Below are positions 1 through 13,441 of a stretch of DNA of 64,000 nucleotides, one piece after another; position 1 is the stretch's first letter, and each line of letters opens with the position of its first letter. The stretch is from a virus. The notes below the pieces were generated by a model. That model ran no database searches and had not been told where the DNA came from. It saw only the letters and a list, made by a program, of their open reading frames with translations. The DNA lies in IMG/VR virus record IMGVR_UViG_3300047510_002509; one strand, written 5' to 3'. A program made the position numbers and the translations under genes.

Positions 1-504
1 ACCCGAAGGACCAGTAGGACCAAATGGACCTTCAGGACCAGTAGGGCCAGTAGGGGCAACAGTTGCCACTGTATTAAATCCATTACCTACATAAACTTTT
101 ACTTCATCAGTTTCGGAGTCAATCCAAATGTCACCAATAGTTGGAAATCCAGGCTGAGTAGGGGTATATACGACATTGGCTCTACCAGCTTGGTCATACA
201 GCAGTGTGCATGAAAAATTTGCAAGAGAGGTTGAAGATCTTACCCATACTTGATCTCCAACGTTTAAAGCAAATCTAAAAGTCTCAAAAGATTGACCAAC
301 ACTTACAGACAAATTGTCGACAATATACGACCTAGTTGCTTCTACGCCAAGTGCTTCAGCTGGTTCAACATAAATACTTACAAGACTTTCTATATTTGCC
401 CTATTAGCAACAATTACAGAAGCCACGCCAGCAGTGTCATTTGTGGCTAAAAGAGTGGCAACATTAGAGTTGGGGGTAGCAAGACCGAGGCGTTTTACTG
501 GCAC
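1..504 (-). CDS. Collagen-like virion fibre protein, partial (runs off window); N-terminal domain paralogous to 2157..4538
   Basis: Manual translation from GTG at 504 (SD AAGGAG at 511-516): MPVKRLGLATP...[22 protein letters not shown]..., then GPT triplets; not in the ORF track. Confidence 0.8.
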   Translation of the reverse strand, partial: MPVKRLGLATPNSNVATLLATNDTAGVASVIVANRANIESLVSIYVEPAEALGVEATRSYIVDNLSVSVGQSFETFRFALNVGDQVWVRSSTSLANFSCTLLYDQAGRANVVYTPTQPGFPTIGDIWIDSETDEVKVYVGNGFNTVATVAPTGPTGPEGPFGPTGPSG

Positions 505-557
505 AAGTCACTCCTTACTGCGTCTGCTGATGTCCTCATAATTATACCTTTAACTTC

Positions 558-2144
558 CTAGACTGTAGCCCTAAAGAACGAAAAGACACGCTGTGAGCCC
601 ATGGGGACATACATAATCTTATTTTCCCCCCCGTGTAGGCTGTTCACGGAAGTATAATCGTCATCTAGCCCAGTTGTATACATAACACTTAAAGCTTTGT
701 TTCTAATAAATGCTATCACTCTTCTGGGGTCCCAATCTGGGTGCATTTGATACACAAGGGCAGCGACCCCAGCTACCTGTGGGGCAGCCATTGATGTGCC
801 AGATAGGAGTTGCTGTTTAAAAGAATTATTCAAAAAATAAGCAAAGTTACTGTTGTCATCATTTACTGCGCTCATGGCGCTAATAATTCTAGAGCCAGCT
901 GCGTACATATTGACGCCAGGACCAGAATTACTAAAATTAGCTTTTCTATCTAACAAACCTTCAGTAGTGTGGTCAACAGCACCAACAGTAAATACTTTAT
1001 CTGAAACTGTTAAATTTCTGCCCGGTGTACCGCCTCGGTGGTAGTAGTAAAACCCGAAGTCAGTCAAAATGTAGTTATTATAATCAACTCCACCTTGTAC
1101 ATCAATTTTTAAAAATTCATTTCCCGCAGCATTACAAAATAAAATTCCAGCGTTGGCTCCAGAAGCAATATCAGCATCTACTGAAGAAACTCGGTATGGA
1201 TAAAAATATGTATCTGGGGCTACTAAAGAACCAGTGTGACCCTTTGCTGGGTCTAAAGTTGCACCACTCCAAGAAACACCTCTATAATTTCCACCACTTA
1301 TCCCAAATAAAGTTGCACTTTCATCTAATCCAAAAGAAAAAGCTTCTAAATCGGCACGATGAAAAACTCCATAACCCCAGCTATTGCACACTACTGTTGG
1401 TCTTCCGTTGGTTTTGTTGTTATGCCAACCAATTAAAACATCAAAAGCGGTAGCTGTGTCTAACCCCTGACCTGGGTCACGAGATGCTCTAAGACCTTCT
1501 AACTTTATAGAAAAAATTTGAGCATTTTTTGCCCAGCCAAAAGTTTTTCCAGCAACTGTTGCTGCTACGTGGGTTCCATGACCGTCATAGTCTTGATAAA
1601 ATCCATCTGGCATAGAACCAGAAACACCACTAAGAGCAAACCAATCTATAGGATTAAATCTGCTGGCATTTGAGTTTCCAACCTCAGTAAATTCTGGGTG
1701 ATTTGCTTGAATACCACTATCGATAATTACAACGTCTACGCCTGTACCATCTAAAACATAATCATATGTTCCGCTAGGATCGCCTAAGCCTGTTCCATAA
1801 ACATTAGAAGTATTTATATGTCTAAGAAGGCCCCAGTTAGCTTTTGCCCCAGTTTGGGTACTTAGCTTGTCAAAGTTTCCTTCTTGAAAAGCCAGTTTTA
1901 CTGGTTTAAACATGTTCAAATCTTGAACATCTATAACTCGAGGGTCTTCTCGTAAACGAGCAGCTTCCTCATCTGTCAACCAGTAAGAAGTGTTATTTGG
2001 ATTAGTAGGTCTTTCATTTGCAACTTCTACTGGTCTATTTGGGATGGTGTCTAAAATACTCTCAGGGGATAGCAAATCTTCCCACACAGAATCGGTAATT
2101 TCCATACTCTCTGTGGTGACTGTGTATTCCTTATATTCACTCAT
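558..2144 (-). CDS. Subtilisin-like serine protease (peptidase S8), probably virion-associated
   Basis: Catalytic triad motifs VVIIDSGI, DGHGTHVA and SGTSMAAPQVAG; oxyanion motif AAGN. Confidence 0.92.
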   Translation of the reverse strand: MSEYKEYTVTTESMEITDSVWEDLLSPESILDTIPNRPVEVANERPTNPNNTSYWLTDEEAARLREDPRVIDVQDLNMFKPVKLAFQEGNFDKLSTQTGAKANWGLLRHINTSNVYGTGLGDPSGTYDYVLDGTGVDVVIIDSGIQANHPEFTEVGNSNASRFNPIDWFALSGVSGSMPDGFYQDYDGHGTHVAATVAGKTFGWAKNAQIFSIKLEGLRASRDPGQGLDTATAFDVLIGWHNNKTNGRPTVVCNSWGYGVFHRADLEAFSFGLDESATLFGISGGNYRGVSWSGATLDPAKGHTGSLVAPDTYFYPYRVSSVDADIASGANAGILFCNAAGNEFLKIDVQGGVDYNNYILTDFGFYYYHRGGTPGRNLTVSDKVFTVGAVDHTTEGLLDRKANFSNSGPGVNMYAAGSRIISAMSAVNDDNSNFAYFLNNSFKQQLLSGTSMAAPQVAGVAALVYQMHPDWDPRRVIAFIRNKALSVMYTTGLDDDYTSVNSLHGGENKIMYVPMGSQRVFSFFRATV

Positions 2145-2156
2145 CTACCAGTCCCA

Positions 2157-4538
<2,382 letters not shown>

Positions 4539-4547
4539 GTGTCTCTC

Positions 4548-7500
4548 CTACGCCTGAGCTTCTGCCCATGACATCTTCGCTGCGGTTAGTGTTGAGTTTC
4601 CAGTCAATCGAGATACTGCAATTGTCAAGATGTCTGGACCGTCTGGGAAAATAGAGTCTCCACCAAGAATCGAGTTTGAAAGCTCGAACAGGGTTGATAC
4701 GTCTACCACGGTTGTATCTTCTGCACCACTAGCACCACCAGCGGCACGGAAGTTATAAACCTGAACTCCACCTGAAACAGTGTCTTGAGCGGTGTGCTCA
4801 ACAATCTGAGTCAAGGAAGGTGAATCTACACCAACAAAGTTTAGGTTATTTAGACGTGGATTGAGGAGAACCTTAACGTCAACCAGTTGTGTCGTAGATA
4901 CACCAATTTCTTGCAAACGTAGCTGCATTCGGTTAAGAACGTCTCGGTCTCCAAGCTTTCCAGTCAAACCTTCAGATACTGAAGGAGAGAGTCGAATTGA
5001 GAGCAATGGCTGGTAATTAGGGCCAGAGGTGTTGTTCAATGAGCCGTTTGGATACAAGAAGTAAGTGTACTGAGTGTTTCCTTGGCTAGTGAAGTTGATT
5101 ACCTCACACATAATAATGGTTGGGTCAGCACCACTTGCCACAGTTGCGGTAGGTGCTTGATAGGTAAACGCCGTGTCACTTGTTCTAGTGATGTAAAACG
5201 GACCATTTGCTACACGGGTTGAACCATATACACCAACATACATACCTGTGGTTAGGTTGTGTGGAAGTGTTGTAGTAATAGTTACTGTAGTACCAGCTTG
5301 AGCACTAGTAATGGCTTGACCACCAGAATAACTAGATCCCTTGCTAATTGTTACGTTAGGAGGAGTCAAGTGAATCAAGTTTGGAGAGTTAACCAAAACT
5401 CCATACAACGCATCATTTTGAAGTGTTGCGGTTGTATTAGAACCAACAATTTGAGTTGCTGGGTTTAAGTTATTTGTTCCAGGGAATCCATTAGTAGCAA
5501 TTGACTGGAACTGTAGAAGGTCACCTTGAGCAAAACCGTGACTTTGTACAGTGAACAAGTCAGTTGTTAGGTTGATGCCAGATGAAGCAAACGACTTAGC
5601 TGTGGTGCCTGGGATGTTCAAAGTCTGGCTTGTACCAGTGAACAAGTACGCGTTGTCATCATCGAATCGACCATCCATGATAACCGAAGTACCCCAGTGG
5701 AAGAGGTATGGGATATAAGTTGGGTTCTCGTAAGTCACAACTTCGTAGCGACCTGGCAAGTTACCAGAGCGGAAGTAAGACTCGAACAAGTTGTTGTTGT
5801 GAACAAACTCGTGGACGTATTGAACCTGACCATCTACAGTCTTGAAACCGAAACGAATTTTACCTGCACCGTACCAAGAGTAGTCAATGTAAGCCATCTG
5901 AATACGAGAGATGTCAAGATTATAACCAGTTGGACCAGATCCATCACAGATATCAACATTCCACTGGCTTTGAGGAATTCTTGTATCTACTGTCTTAGTA
6001 ATCACAATACCTGATTTAGCTGGGACAAAGGAGTGAGTTGTAGTAGTTCCAGTATTTGACAGATTTACGTTAACAGTCGAATCTGGGTCAGCAACAAGTT
6101 TAAAGCTGTTGTTATTAATTAGGTCTACATAATATGTACGACCGTTAATCATTCCACCAATAGGCTCACCGTCGATTGAGTTGTAAACAACTGGAAGACG
6201 ATTTGAGAATCCGTGACCAATAATGGTAATTACGTCAGTAGAAATATTAACTTGAGTTTGCGGATTAAACTCTTTCTCTGTTCCAGAAGATCCCTTATAC
6301 TCAGGTCTAACTGACATACGAGTGTCTGATGTAATTTCAGTGATACGGTAAGACTGACCGCGCATAACTACATAATCGCCCACATCCAACTGAGCTTGGA
6401 AGCTGGTGTTATTTCCAAAAATAATCTCTGAACCTTGAAGAGCAGAAGCTGTACCAGCTAGCTGCTGAGTGGATGAACGACGGACACAGTAGATTGCTTC
6501 TCCATCGAACTCAAAGAAGGCACCGTTCTGGAAGTCAAACATACCTTCACGTACAGCACCATTTTCCCACTCGCGGACATAGAACTGAGGGAATCCGTAA
6601 GCTCTAGACTCTACAATTGGCTCTTTTGCAGTAAAGCGGAAAGTCGTCAAATCAACAACAGTGACTTGGAATTCTCCGTTATATACAGTACTTACATCTC
6701 CAAAAGAGTCTTCAGCAGCATTAATTACAATAAACAAACCAGAGACAAGACCGTGAGGGCGTCGAGTCTTACATTCAATAGTAATCTCGCTAAATTTAGT
6801 CATGCTCTCTAGGTCAATTGAAGGCTGGAAGTTGACACCGCAAGAAGACTGAATACCCTTACCTGACTGATAACGGAAGTACTTACGAGTCTGACGAACA
6901 ATCTGACCAAATGATGTCTTAGAACCTACCGACATCTCAACGCCACCGTCGAATGGACGGTGCAGTGAGTAGCCCTGCGGACGTACATAGACGAAAGTTG
7001 GGTAAGAGTAAGAAACAGCGTCATATGCATTTGCATATGGTCGGTCTACAGTGATCTGTGTGTCACCACCAATAGCGGTAATCTTTCTAATAATAGGTCC
7101 CACTGGGGCTGTACTAGTTAGAGAGAAAGCAGTTCCAGTACCTTGAGTGCTAAAGTCTACAGCTTGAAGGTTGTTATTAGCATCATTTAATGTGGTGTGA
7201 AGAGTGATTTCAGTATTTGATATAGCTCTTACATAGTAGTAGTAACCATCAACCAAAGGAGTTGGGGCCACTCCACCGTTTGTAGCAAACTTGACTACTT
7301 CTCCAGTTTCAAAATTATGAGTCTTAACAATACGGTTGTTTGTGGTGTTTACATCAACATCTGAAAATGTTTTATTTGTTCTAGACAACTGTAAATCAGT
7401 TCCAGAGCCCACAGTGGTGATGTCAATTATGTTTGTATTGGCTGTGGCATTAGCAGCTGTAGGGTGAAGAGTGAATGTTGAGCCAGCACTTACAACTCTT

Positions 7501-10500
7501 ACGTAATAAGTTGTTCCCTCTACTAAAGGAGATGGAGCAGTTCCTGAACCAGCAGAGAACACTACTGCATCAGCTGTAGCAAAAGTATTGCTCTTTGTGA
7601 TTAAGTTTGTTCCAGTGTTAACATCAGCTGCTTCAAACACGAGGGTTCCGTGTTGTTTAGTTGTGTTTGCTGGGAATAAGCGGAATCTGTCTCCAACTTT
7701 CAAAATCTTCGAGAAAGCTGTACCAGTACCGTTAACAAGAACAGAGCCTGAAACAACAGATACTGTTCCAGAACCTGTTACGTTACCGTTAATCTGGTCT
7801 GTGATTAGTTTGTGACCTACACCAGTACCCCAGTCAGTAACACTGAGAGTAATACCTGCTGCAGCATTTTCTGCAGATGTTGCGAGCTTTAAGTAGTCTC
7901 TGTTAATAGCTACAACATAGTATTGTGTGTTATTTATTAATCCACCAATATCTGTAGCAGAATCTCCCTGTTCGTATGTAACCTCAGTACCAGTTGTGAA
8001 ACCATGAGACGGCAAGAAGAAGGTGTCGGCTTCAAGGTTTACAGTAGATCTTGGGTTAAATACTTTAGTAATAATTGGAACGTTACCAGCTGCTTCTACA
8101 GTAAATGTGGTTGCAGACGGTGTAGATGTGATGGTGTAAATTCCATCTGGAGTCTTGCTTAGTGAGCGTAGAGTATGACGACCAACGCCAAGTGGGGTAT
8201 CAGTGAGATCTACAGCAGTTCCAGCATCTGCTTCTTCTGGTGTAGTAGCAAGTTTAATGTTGTCACCATCTATGAAAATTACATAGTAAGGAGTAGCAGT
8301 AGTTAGCCCATCTACAGCTGTCTGACCCTTGCTGTCATATTCAACCAACTCTCCTTGCAGGAACCCATGGCCTGGCAAAGTTATAGTGTTAGTTGCGTAA
8401 TCAAGAGAAGTAATAAATAAGGAGTGGGTTCCAGTAGCAGGCCACGGTTCTTGACTTGTTATATTTGCAATAACAGTAAGAGCTTTATTCGTAGCAAGTC
8501 TAACAATGCTATTGTCAACCTTAACAATGTAATAAGTAGTGTTATCAGTCAAACCAGGAATAACAGTGTTGGCTTCCAAACCTTTGGAGTAGCGCACTGC
8601 CTGACCAGATACAAGACCGTGGTTAGGGATGTAGAGAGTGTCTTCCAGTGCATTAACAGTTAGGAAGATAAAGCTGTGACCCGTACCAGTTCCAGCACCT
8701 GTAAAGTTGATAAATGTTGGAGAATTAAGAGAAGACTTCAAACGAATCTGGTTAGCATTTAAAACCTCAGCGACATAGTAAGTGGCTTGGTCAATAAGAG
8801 GAGTAATTGCAGTTCCATCACCAACGCTATAACGAAGAGGCTGGTCAACCAAAAATCCATGGTTACTAATAGTCAAAGTATCTGTTGCAGTATTTACAAC
8901 AACTCGACTGATCTTAGAGGTAGTAGAAACTTCTCTAGAAGATGGTGAAATTAAATTGATGTTTGTAAAGCTAGGAGAAGGGGTTGTACTCAAACGATAG
9001 CTAAATGCATCAATAGTGTTTACATAATAAATACCATTGTTTTGAATTCCAGTTGGTGGAACCCCATTAAACGACACTTGGATTGCCTCACCATTATTTA
9101 ATGTATGTAAGGCAGCACTATGAATTGCATCGTTTTGAATATCAAGATTAATTGGTACAAATGAGTGATATGAAGAACCAGCTGGCTCTATTGCAATAGC
9201 ATTAGTTCCATTTTCAGCATCTTGAGCAGTTGGGTGCACGCTGTTACCAGTAGTAAAGCTAGAAACCAAAGTTACTGCAACTTGTCCTTCACCAGTGTGA
9301 TATGCATTTAGATTTGCAATAAGGGTTCCATTGAATGTGTTGGCACCATCAAAAAATCCTGTAGAAGTTTTAACGTTTGCGGCTGTAGCCACAACGAATG
9401 AACCACCACCACCACCAGAATGGTTAGCAGTTGTAGAGCGAGCTCCACCACCACCTGAGTAGCCACCGCCACCACCAGACTGACCAGTTACGTTTCCGTC
9501 TGACTGACCACCGCCACCAAAACCACCATAACCACCAACAAGAGTGTTAGTGCCCATTGTCAAACCATCAAGGAACGAACCACCACCAAGTGTTGTTGTG
9601 TTACCAAATCCACCGTTTTGTCCGCGAGAGAAGAAACCTCCACCAGCAGCAGAACGACCAAATGGGTTAGTAGAACGACCACCAAAACCTGCTTGACCAC
9701 CAGCTGGTTGATTATTAGTAGATGTACCGCCTAATTGAGTAAGAACAGCATCTCGTCCAGCACCAACGTTAGACTCACCAGAACCTCCACCAGCAACAAA
9801 TAAAGGCTCATTACCAGTTTTACGAACAACAAATGTTCCACCACCAGAGCCGCCCCAAGTAGTTCCAGAAGAGGGCGCAGCTCCTTGCTGACCAACGGCA
9901 ATTGTAATTACTTCACCCTTAGTTAGTGCAATTTCACCTTCAACAATTGCGCCTCTACCTATACCGCCAGAACCAGCGCCATTGTAGCCTGATGCACCTC
10001 TAACATTAAATCTGTAAATACCAGAAACTGGAACTGTCCAGTCTTGGTAACCAACAAAAGCACCTTGAACTAGATATGTCTCATCCCAAGTGGTGCTGTA
10101 TGAAGCACGCATTTCCTGTTGGGTAGGGCCAACTCTTCCTGTTTTTCCGCATGTTGTAAATGTGTGGCTGGTAAATGCATAAAGAGCCTGAGAACCCGCG
10201 AACTCAGAAATAGAGACGTTCTTTAAGAAGTATGTGTCTCCACTTGTAAGCCCTGTGATTGGGGTTCCGTTTGTGTAATACTTAACCGCTTGGTTTGTAG
10301 GAGTTGATGCGTCTATGTTTAGTTTATTAGAGAAAACAATTGGTGTATTAAATTTAATAGAGCCAGCCACGCTGTCAGTAAAATCGAGTGCAGTTCCATT
10401 AAAAGTTGTGCTAAATTTTAATTTTTTAGGTTCAGTAGTTGTAACGTAAACAAGACCATTTTCTGTAAAACCTGTTACAGAACCAACACCAGAGGTGTAT

Positions 10501-10646
10501 AAAAATGCAACTCCTGGAGCTAGAGGAGTTGGGATAACGCTCTCTCCACTGTTTTTGAAGTAAATAAAATCTTCATCAATGTTGACGTTGACTCGAGCAA
10601 AAGTGTGAGTACCCTGCGCACCTGCAGCTGTTACATCAATAGGCAT
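4548..10646 (-). CDS. Giant virion structural/tail-associated protein (2032 aa) with Gly-rich domain and repeated HGF/HGL..G..V.Y modules
   Basis: Gly-rich ALK/LTK-like segment; about 10 modules ending YYV....IxLAT; C-terminal RQTRKYFRYQSGKG and YSWYGAGKIRFG motifs shared with 48317..49549. Confidence 0.7.
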   Translation of the reverse strand: MPIDVTAAGAQGTHTFARVNVNIDEDFIYFKNSGESVIPTPLAPGVAFLYTSGVGSVTGFTENGLVYVTTTEPKKLKFSTTFNGTALDFTDSVAGSIKFNTPIVFSNKLNIDASTPTNQAVKYYTNGTPITGLTSGDTYFLKNVSISEFAGSQALYAFTSHTFTTCGKTGRVGPTQQEMRASYSTTWDETYLVQGAFVGYQDWTVPVSGIYRFNVRGASGYNGAGSGGIGRGAIVEGEIALTKGEVITIAVGQQGAAPSSGTTWGGSGGGTFVVRKTGNEPLFVAGGGSGESNVGAGRDAVLTQLGGTSTNNQPAGGQAGFGGRSTNPFGRSAAGGGFFSRGQNGGFGNTTTLGGGSFLDGLTMGTNTLVGGYGGFGGGGQSDGNVTGQSGGGGGYSGGGGARSTTANHSGGGGGSFVVATAANVKTSTGFFDGANTFNGTLIANLNAYHTGEGQVAVTLVSSFTTGNSVHPTAQDAENGTNAIAIEPAGSSYHSFVPINLDIQNDAIHSAALHTLNNGEAIQVSFNGVPPTGIQNNGIYYVNTIDAFSYRLSTTPSPSFTNINLISPSSREVSTTSKISRVVVNTATDTLTISNHGFLVDQPLRYSVGDGTAITPLIDQATYYVAEVLNANQIRLKSSLNSPTFINFTGAGTGTGHSFIFLTVNALEDTLYIPNHGLVSGQAVRYSKGLEANTVIPGLTDNTTYYIVKVDNSIVRLATNKALTVIANITSQEPWPATGTHSLFITSLDYATNTITLPGHGFLQGELVEYDSKGQTAVDGLTTATPYYVIFIDGDNIKLATTPEEADAGTAVDLTDTPLGVGRHTLRSLSKTPDGIYTITSTPSATTFTVEAAGNVPIITKVFNPRSTVNLEADTFFLPSHGFTTGTEVTYEQGDSATDIGGLINNTQYYVVAINRDYLKLATSAENAAAGITLSVTDWGTGVGHKLITDQINGNVTGSGTVSVVSGSVLVNGTGTAFSKILKVGDRFRLFPANTTKQHGTLVFEAADVNTGTNLITKSNTFATADAVVFSAGSGTAPSPLVEGTTYYVRVVSAGSTFTLHPTAANATANTNIIDITTVGSGTDLQLSRTNKTFSDVDVNTTNNRIVKTHNFETGEVVKFATNGGVAPTPLVDGYYYYVRAISNTEITLHTTLNDANNNLQAVDFSTQGTGTAFSLTSTAPVGPIIRKITAIGGDTQITVDRPYANAYDAVSYSYPTFVYVRPQGYSLHRPFDGGVEMSVGSKTSFGQIVRQTRKYFRYQSGKGIQSSCGVNFQPSIDLESMTKFSEITIECKTRRPHGLVSGLFIVINAAEDSFGDVSTVYNGEFQVTVVDLTTFRFTAKEPIVESRAYGFPQFYVREWENGAVREGMFDFQNGAFFEFDGEAIYCVRRSSTQQLAGTASALQGSEIIFGNNTSFQAQLDVGDYVVMRGQSYRITEITSDTRMSVRPEYKGSSGTEKEFNPQTQVNISTDVITIIGHGFSNRLPVVYNSIDGEPIGGMINGRTYYVDLINNNSFKLVADPDSTVNVNLSNTGTTTTHSFVPAKSGIVITKTVDTRIPQSQWNVDICDGSGPTGYNLDISRIQMAYIDYSWYGAGKIRFGFKTVDGQVQYVHEFVHNNNLFESYFRSGNLPGRYEVVTYENPTYIPYLFHWGTSVIMDGRFDDDNAYLFTGTSQTLNIPGTTAKSFASSGINLTTDLFTVQSHGFAQGDLLQFQSIATNGFPGTNNLNPATQIVGSNTTATLQNDALYGVLVNSPNLIHLTPPNVTISKGSSYSGGQAITSAQAGTTVTITTTLPHNLTTGMYVGVYGSTRVANGPFYITRTSDTAFTYQAPTATVASGADPTIIMCEVINFTSQGNTQYTYFLYPNGSLNNTSGPNYQPLLSIRLSPSVSEGLTGKLGDRDVLNRMQLRLQEIGVSTTQLVDVKVLLNPRLNNLNFVGVDSPSLTQIVEHTAQDTVSGGVQVYNFRAAGGASGAEDTTVVDVSTLFELSNSILGGDSIFPDGPDILTIAVSRLTGNSTLTAAKMSWAEAQA

Positions 10647-10660
10647 TTATACTCTCCTTC

Positions 10661-13348
10661 TTATAGTTTCTGAATGCTGATTTGACCATTGCCACTACTA
10701 GCAACTTCAGAATTGCTTTGATTAGTTCCAACGTTGTAAGAACCAGCACCAGCACCGTTTGCTGACCAATATGCACCAGGACCACCTGAGTAGCCACCGC
10801 CACCACCAGCACCGCCAGCCCAACCGCGAGCGGCTCCACCGCCACCAAACCCACCGTGGGTTGAGTAGTTACCGCCGTAAGCACCGTTTACGAATGAAGT
10901 ACCAGGTCCTGCCCAGCCTCCACCATTTCCGTAGAAACCAGCACCTCCACCCATGGATTCACCGTTTCCACCATTTCCATTGCTAGAACCGCCCCATGAG
11001 CTAGAGCCTCGAGAGCTGGTACCAGTGGTTGCGTCCGCATTTCCATACCAACCTGGAGATGCACCACCGCCGCCACCAGCAACTAGATATGGAAGATTGT
11101 CAGAGCGTCGAGCAACGTAGCTACCTCCGCCGCCACCACCGTTGTCACCCATACCACCGCCAGCTTGACCAACAACAAGTTTAATTTCGTCACCAAGCTG
11201 CCATGCAAAATCGCCACGCATACGAGTACCGTAACCACCACGGTTACCCCAGTTAGAGGCCCAACCGCCAGCTGCTCCGTATGCTTCAACTCGATAAGTT
11301 GCTGCTTCGGGAACTGTCCAAACAATTGTTCCAGTATTGCCTGGCATAGTGATATATGTATTTCCCCAAGATGGGTTTCCTGCACCAGAACGAGCTTGAG
11401 TCAGGTTTGGACCACCAGCACCACCAGCACCACCTGGAGTGAAGGTTACGCTCGAGAATGTATACAAAGCAGGTGGCTGATCGAACTGATAGAGATGAGT
11501 TTGAAAAGCCGAAATACCATCAACGTCAGTACCAGTAATAATTACTGTACGTCCTGGAGGTGCAATATTCTCTGTAGGAGTTCCTGACACAACACCAGTA
11601 CTTGTATTTAAAGTAAGACCTGAAGGAAGAGTTCCACTTGTGACTGCATATGTAATAGGAGCGGTCATACCAATAGCAGTTACAGTAGTTGGTGTAATTG
11701 CGTATCTAGAAAAACCTGTTCTAGTGATAGTTTGAGGACTTAGCTCTCCAACTGTCTGATTTAAAGTAAAATTGTGTTGGTCTAATACTTGCGCGACAAA
11801 GTAAAAATTCTTAACTTGAGAAGCATCTACTACAGAAAAAGCACCATTTTCTGGAGCTGTATATCTAACCATGTCAAAACGGGTGTATCCATGGTCTTTT
11901 AAGTGAAAAATGTTTTTATCTGGAGAAATACCAATTTGTTTAAAAGTTTGAGTACCAGTTCCACCAGAAATTGAAGTAATAGTTGTACCCGTTGGGGTCG
12001 GCTTTAAGGTAAACGCATAATTTAGTCCACCAGTACTAAAGAAAGAATCAATAAAATATGTGGTGTTGTTTGTAAGACCGTTTGCCGCTGTTCCAGTGGT
12101 GGTGTAGTACACCATAGTTCCAAAGTACCAATTTAAAGGTACTTCTTGATCAGAAGCTACGTTAACCAAAGAACCGCTGTACGATGTAACTCTTCCAACT
12201 TCAATTGATAGATTAGCACCATCAAATTCTTTTGGCGCATCTTTAATAATTACCACTTCAACTTCAGTTGCAGCATTTTGATTATTTCCAGCAAAAGTAC
12301 GAGCTTGGTTAGCAAGCTGGAAGGTTCCAGTCATTGTCGTTGGTATTGCAATTGCATCGCCATCTGGAAGTTCAGAGACTTGGAAAGTAGAACTTGAAGT
12401 TCCAAGAGTGGTATTAGTTTTTAAAAATACAACGCCTCTTGGATTTGTAGAAAAGAACCCTCCACCAGCAACAACGTCGTAATAAAGAGGGGTTCCAATT
12501 ACCTTACCAACAAAATTTTCTGTTCCATGAGCAACAGTAATTGTATTGTCTACAAGATTCTGAGCACTCATATTGATAGAGCTAGTTACACCCGCCACGG
12601 TGGCTGAGTTTGACCAATCAATGTTAATTTGAGAAAGAGTATTAGAACCGTCAAAAGTCTGAGCGGTAGCTGAGTTTGAAGCATCAAAAGATTTTGCCTC
12701 ATTGTTATTGGCAGGGAACTCTTGAGAAATAGTAGAGTTTAGATTCAAGAAGTAGAAAGGTGTATCTACATAAAAACCGTGGGTAGAGCCTGTAGTAACA
12801 GTTAGAGTTGAAATAGACTCACCGTCGGTAGTAATACCTGCCTCGTCTGAAAGGCGAAGCTGGGAGCCTTGGAAGAACTCTCCAGTGATAACAGATGAAT
12901 ACAAATCTTCAATAGAGTTGTTACCCTGCTGAATGTCGCGGCACAAGTAGGTAAATGTGCTGCCATTTGGAATAGAGTTGATGATGTATGCACCATCAGC
13001 GGTAATTGATTTTGTTCCAGTTACGTTAATAGGAATACCGACCGCCAGCCCGTGTGGGAGGCCAGTGGATACGGTAATTTCTCGAGTTCCATCATTTGTT
13101 GTAATCGCAATGATGTTAGGAATTGTGGTGTCACCAGACTTCGAAAAGAATGAAGGAGTGTTGTTGATAAGCTCAACAGTCTCCCACTTGGTAGGTTGAA
13201 GTCCGTACTCAAAGTCCGTATCGATGAGGTTTTGTGGCTCGGATACGCGAAACTTAGTTACTGGGTCAATAAACTCTTTCGGAAAACCAGTAATTTCTCC
13301 ACCAGCGCCACCGCTGCCACCAGAACTACCGCCTAGAAAACCGGGCAT
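10661..13348 (-). CDS. Virion structural protein with Ig-like (He_PIG-type) repeat and Gly-rich C-terminal domain
   Basis: N-terminal DPVTKFRVSEPQNLIDTDFEYG; TYAVTSGTLPSGLTLNTSTGVVSGTPT; Gly-rich C-terminus. Confidence 0.7.
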   Translation of the reverse strand: MPGFLGGSSGGSGGAGGEITGFPKEFIDPVTKFRVSEPQNLIDTDFEYGLQPTKWETVELINNTPSFFSKSGDTTIPNIIAITTNDGTREITVSTGLPHGLAVGIPINVTGTKSITADGAYIINSIPNGSTFTYLCRDIQQGNNSIEDLYSSVITGEFFQGSQLRLSDEAGITTDGESISTLTVTTGSTHGFYVDTPFYFLNLNSTISQEFPANNNEAKSFDASNSATAQTFDGSNTLSQINIDWSNSATVAGVTSSINMSAQNLVDNTITVAHGTENFVGKVIGTPLYYDVVAGGGFFSTNPRGVVFLKTNTTLGTSSSTFQVSELPDGDAIAIPTTMTGTFQLANQARTFAGNNQNAATEVEVVIIKDAPKEFDGANLSIEVGRVTSYSGSLVNVASDQEVPLNWYFGTMVYYTTTGTAANGLTNNTTYFIDSFFSTGGLNYAFTLKPTPTGTTITSISGGTGTQTFKQIGISPDKNIFHLKDHGYTRFDMVRYTAPENGAFSVVDASQVKNFYFVAQVLDQHNFTLNQTVGELSPQTITRTGFSRYAITPTTVTAIGMTAPITYAVTSGTLPSGLTLNTSTGVVSGTPTENIAPPGRTVIITGTDVDGISAFQTHLYQFDQPPALYTFSSVTFTPGGAGGAGGPNLTQARSGAGNPSWGNTYITMPGNTGTIVWTVPEAATYRVEAYGAAGGWASNWGNRGGYGTRMRGDFAWQLGDEIKLVVGQAGGGMGDNGGGGGGSYVARRSDNLPYLVAGGGGGASPGWYGNADATTGTSSRGSSSWGGSSNGNGGNGESMGGGAGFYGNGGGWAGPGTSFVNGAYGGNYSTHGGFGGGGAARGWAGGAGGGGGYSGGPGAYWSANGAGAGSYNVGTNQSNSEVASSGNGQISIQKL

Positions 13349-13441
13349 TAGTCAATACCTCTCTCACCACACACGAGATTTGTTAGTAGAATACCACTGC
13401 TACAAATCTTTGATTTTAAAAAAGTGCTTGTGTTTTGCATT

